Positions 59,101 through 64,000 of a stretch of 64,000 bases of DNA are shown here, piece after piece. Made by a program: the position numbers and the translations under genes. The notes beneath the pieces were generated by a model. The model searched no databases and was not told the origin of the DNA. It saw only the letters and a list, made by a program, of their open reading frames with translations. The stretch is from the human T2T-CHM13v2.0 reference genome, Homo sapiens: the NCBI RefSeq assembly GCF_009914755.1, contig NC_060928.1, one strand, 5' to 3'. Numbering within the stretch: position 1 is the first letter of the stretch; every line of letters begins with the position of its first letter.

Positions 59101-60551
59101 ATTAATACTGGAAAGAATTGCTGCTTGGTAACCATTCCTTATTGGTGTGAATGAAATTACATGAAAAAGTATCCCAGATATAAACCATTATTCTTGAATT
59201 TTCACTAGGTAATTTTTAGAAATTATATCCACTCAGTAATACACTTTTTACCCCTTACATTTTGCAAGATCAATACTTTTACATCAACTATATCTTTTAT
59301 GGATGTAGTACATTTCTCCAAGCATCTTAAACATGGGCACATATGTTATGTGCAGACAGACGTTTTACTATAATGGTGCTTAAAATGGATCGCGAGTTCA
59401 GATTGATTTTTCTCACATTAGTTGTTTAAAATGGCTTTTCTAAAGCAGACATATAATGGCATGATTGTCCCTTCCAAAATATCAAAGAGAAAAATATTTA
59501 AAAAGCAATGATGTGAGACATGTGGAAAGAAAGCTCATATTTATCCTCCTTTAAGTGGCCTTTGGGAGAATTTTGCTTAAAAATGTTAATGTGTTTTATG
59601 AGTTTTGATTTATAGGTATTTTTAACAGTAAGCCTTTAAGATGTCAGCTCAACTAATTGTGCTTCCTTGCTCTTTCTAAAAGCATGAAGGCTGCTGGTTG
59701 TACCTTAAGGGGACTGACACTAAAATGAGTAGGAATCAGGTTTGTCATAAGATTTGATCTGAAATAGAAAACAGAGAAGTATAATAATGTTTTGAATTTG
59801 AATAACATGTTAGCTAAGAGCAACAAAGAAACATTAATTCAAACAGAAGGGAAAGTAGCTAAAATCACATTATACAGTAGCAATCACAGAATCGCTGAGG
59901 GACCACAATGGGCAACAACAGCATGTCACTTTCTGAAGCAACTGATGTAGACTGTATTGTCTCTCACCCACATAATTGCTTCCATCCTTACAATCACTGT
60001 CACTTCAAGAGTAGGGAAAAAGTAATTTGGAAACTGGACTATAAACCAAAGGTAAGAGAATGTCCGAATCAACAGAGAAAAAACACATTCTTCTCTTTTG
60101 TCTGTGAAACCGTTACAAAAATAAATCTCATACTTGGCGGCAAACACAGTCTCAGTAAATGCTAACAGCAAGGATTTTAGAGGCCATGTTCTCAGACCTT
60201 CATGTAATAAATCTGGAAAGCCAACAACAAAAATAAGCCGAATATTAAATAAACAGAAATTTAAAATGTAAACCTATCTAAATTAAAAAGACATTTTTAA
60301 AACAACATATCAAAGCTCCTGATAAAAATAAATCATATTTGTTTAAATACTTTTTTCAGAAATAATAGAAAATGTATGTTATTATTTAGTTATGAAAATA
60401 GAAAAAGAACAACAAAATAAACCAAAAATATTGAGTTGAATGAGTATGATAAAAGCTTAGATTAGCTTCAAAGTAGAAACTAAACTAATATAAAATTCTG
60501 ATATAATCCACTTCTCTTTCCTTATAAAGTGTTATTATGAAAGAGAGAAAA

Positions 60552-60921
<370 letters not shown>

Positions 60922-61142
60922 TTAAATTACTATAAGTGACAGTCTGTGCACATGTATGACATCTTTGATGATTTCCCAGCAAAATATATATGATAATAAC
61001 TGGTTTAAAAAGCGATAAAAGATTGAACGTTTCAAAACTTAAAACGATTTTCAAAGCCAAGGTGGTATTACTTGCGAATTTTAACACACTTAAGAGACAA
61101 ACCGCTGGCCTAATCGTATTACCAAAAGCTTAATTTAAATAT

Positions 61143-61180
61143 TGCGCACGCACGCGCGCGTGCACACACACACACACACA
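61143..61180. repeat. 38-bp alternating purine-pyrimidine (CG/CA)n tract
   Basis: tgcgcacgcacgcgcgcgtgcacacacacacacacaca. Confidence 0.9.
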
Positions 61181-62455
61181 AATAAGTGAAATGCACTTTT
61201 GGGAAAATAGATGCCTGAATAAATGAATACATAAAATGAAGGAAAGCCATCATATTTTAAAAATAGTCATCTGGTTATATAAATATATACATTTAATTTG
61301 ATATCAACCAGAATTACAATGGACATTTTTAAAATAGAAAATTATTTTAAAGTTCATATGGAAAAATAGTATGAAGTTCCTAAACAAATAATAAAAAAAA
61401 ATAGTGAAGAGTTACCTGACCATTGGCTGCCAAGCTGCTTTAATCAGAATAGTGTGATATTTGTGTAGTAAATGTCTAAGATGTCAGTGGAAAAAATAGA
61501 AAGTAAAGAAATTGATCAAAGTATTTATGTGGAAATAATAATATAATAATATGACCAAACAAGTAGGAGACAAATGTGTTTCAAAAAATGACTCTAGGGT
61601 GCCCAATAGTCTATTAAGAAAAAATATATAAACTTTTACCTTATAATATACAATAATAAATTTTGGATGTATTAAAGTTCTAAATGTAAAGTTAAAATAA
61701 GTATTAACATATTGGAAAAATGTATAAGATATTTGTATTATCTGGAGGTGGCAAAAACCTACTTAAGAAATTTAGGTAAGCTCGAATCATAAATCAAAAT
61801 TCTCACAATAAATTACATAATATGAAAAATATTATTTTGTAAATGATAGAATAAACAAAGATTATAGGCTAATTCTAATGCAAACTTTACTCTTAATGTT
61901 AACCTGACTCACAAATTATAATAAAATTCTAAATCTATATCAAGTTCTATAAGGCCCTACATAGACTGGCCATGGCTACTCATTGATATCCCTAATATAT
62001 AAAATATTGCTACTAGTTGCTTAATAATTAAAAGATAAAAATAGCCACTTATTTATTTCCTGAAAGTACCTTTACCAAATAATCTGTAAAGGTAATGAGA
62101 GGCAGATTCTAGGTAAAAAAAAAATAGACAACTCTTATGGAGTTTTGAAAATAGTGTCAATACTATGGTTTAGAGTTTAAAGATATGATGAAAAGTTATT
62201 ATTTGGGGTCTTATATTTTTACCCTGAGTAGTAATACTTTCAAAGTAAAATCATGTTTTTCTTCTTCTAAAATAGATTTTTACAATTAAGCTTTAATTTT
62301 GAGATAATTTTAGACCTACCTGCTGTTATAAGAAAGAGATTCCATGCACTGCTTACCCAGTTCCTATGGTGGTTATTCATATTTTTTCCATTTGAAAATT
62401 TAAACTTGTTTCTTATATGTTCTGTTGTTTCCTTAATGAGACTTTCCATATTTTC

Positions 62456-62787
62456 TCTTTTTAAATCGGCTATTAATTAATTAATTAATTAATTATTTTT
62501 TTTTCAGACAGAGTCTCACTCTGCTGCCCAGGCTGGAATGCAGTGGTGCGATCTTGGCTCATTGCAACCTTGGCCTACTGGGTTCAATCAATTCTCATGC
62601 CTCAGCTTCCCGATGTAGCTGGAAATACAGGTGTGCACCATCACACCCGGCTAATGTTTGTAATTTTAGTAGAGATGGGTTCTTGCCATGTTGGCCAGAC
62701 TGTTCTCAAACTCCTGGCCTCAAGCAATCTGCCCACCTCGGCCTCCCAAAGTGCTGGGATTAAAGGCGTGGGTCACCATACCTGGCC
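62456..62787 (-). mobile_element. Alu (AluJb/Sx-like) with (TTAA)n in the tail
   Basis: Full antisense Alu; TSD tttccatattttc (62443-62455) / tttcaatattttc (62788-62800). Confidence 0.92.
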
Positions 62788-62859
62788 TTTCAATATTTTC
62801 ATTTGTTCTCTTCTCAGTCTTTGTTGATGTTGGTTAGGGTGAGGCAGGGCATGTATCTA

Positions 62860-63100
62860 GCAGAGATCTAGCAGGAAATATATATTGCATACTTAAAAAT
62901 GGTCATTGAAAAGAGTTTAATAAAGGACATTTTACAATTGTATAGACACACTTATGGGAGATCAAGAAGGAAGGTGAAGTATCAGATGGATTGGCAACAG
63001 CTGGCGACCTCTGCCTCTCCTAGGATTGAACATGGCAGGACTTGCATCTATAGAAGGGTGCCCAACTGCAGCTGTGGCTCTCAGTAAAGGAAACAGCCAC
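62860..63100 (-). mobile_element. LTR33-like ERVL LTR fragment
   Basis: caggaaatatatattgcatacttaaaaatggtcattgaaaagagtttaataaaggacattttacaa matches remembered antisense LTR33 consensus. Confidence 0.45.
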
Positions 63101-64000
63101 TGATAATCACAAGTTAATAGAGATATTTAAATGCAATGGCAGTTCTCTGTGCACAGCCACCCATCTCTCATTGGAGTTTTCCACTGAGAAAAATTAAATG
63201 TAAGTCTTGAAAAGAAGTCTAGCGCTGCAGAACAGAAAAGTCAATTACTGGTACACAGAGTAAGAAAAACGATGGAGAGTAAATCTCAAGGGCCAAGTGC
63301 AAAATGTTAAGCCAAGAGGGGATTCCATACAGTGAAGAGGAGAACAAATTAAGCACATTTTAGTGAGAAGTTTAGCCTATCTAGAGAAGAATTCAAGTGA
63401 GACAGAAATTGTATATAATTGGAATTGTTTTATCCAATTTCCATGCAGTGATCATGGAGCACTGCAAAGGCAGGATCAGCAGTCTCTGCTGAGGCATATG
63501 ATGGAATGTAAGCAATTCACAGGTTATGAAATGGCTAATAAGCACATATAGGTAGTAAAAGAGATGACATAGCAAAGCTTTAAATATTCAGTTCTCTATT
63601 TGTAATGAAGAAAATGTTTTTCGCAGTAAGGCAAAAGAATAAAAAGTAAGTGCAATTAACATAGCAAAATATAGTAATTTACGTTAAAAGGTGTTTAATT
63701 ACAACAGAAAGTGGAAGGGTTGGAAAGATTGGACATTTTGTAGAGATGAATCCATTTTGAGGAAGATAAAATCCAGATTGATATGCTGAGTATGTGTTAT
63801 TTTATTTGGAGGATTTGTGTGAGTGTGGCATTTTTTTCTCATTTACATGAACAAGCTGTAGTGAAAATAAAAAGTCTCAACTAGAAATCTGCCTTCCAAT
63901 GAGAGACTATAACCATCTAATCACGACCCTTTTTCTTTCCAATACAATTAGGGTCATCAGAACTACATCTTCCTAAGAGGGAAAGAAACACCCAATAACA

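Noticed and set aside
63925-64000. Pyrimidine tract plus AG acceptor near the window end (similar ones at ~19083 and ~54954)
   Set aside because: No paired strong donor or reading-frame evidence visible; isolated acceptor-like motifs are common.

Overview
Primate (very likely human) non-coding genomic DNA: AT-rich, CpG-poor, no CpG island, no recognisable host protein-coding gene, rRNA, tRNA or CRISPR array. It reads as a gene desert or a very long intron. Content is mostly interspersed repeats: about 12 Alus, a 4.3-kb 5'-truncated, inactivated L1PA (minus strand, ORF1 end plus broken ORF2), shorter L1PA/L1M pieces, L2/MIR relics, several solo LTRs (MLT2, MER39, MLT1, MST and others), an ERVL RNase H remnant, DNA-transposon fossils and microsatellites. 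The long ORFs in the track are L1 fragments or Alu/LTR read-throughs. I found no new biological system. The most interesting signals are mutational scars: (1) a 187-bp, 185/187-identical inverted copy of 25339-25525 inserted into an old L1 at 24038-24224, with microhomology and a snap-back hairpin at the junctions; (2) two inverted L1PA 3' ends about 10.5 kb apart that differ at subfamily-diagnostic sites yet share non-consensus variants (possible gene conversion, inversion substrate); (3) a perfect 26-bp palindrome, a young 83-bp tandem duplication and an old ~85-bp dispersed duplication; (4) a few candidate + strand exons. Repeat subfamily names come from remembered consensus sequences, not a database search, and boundaries of old repeats are approximate.
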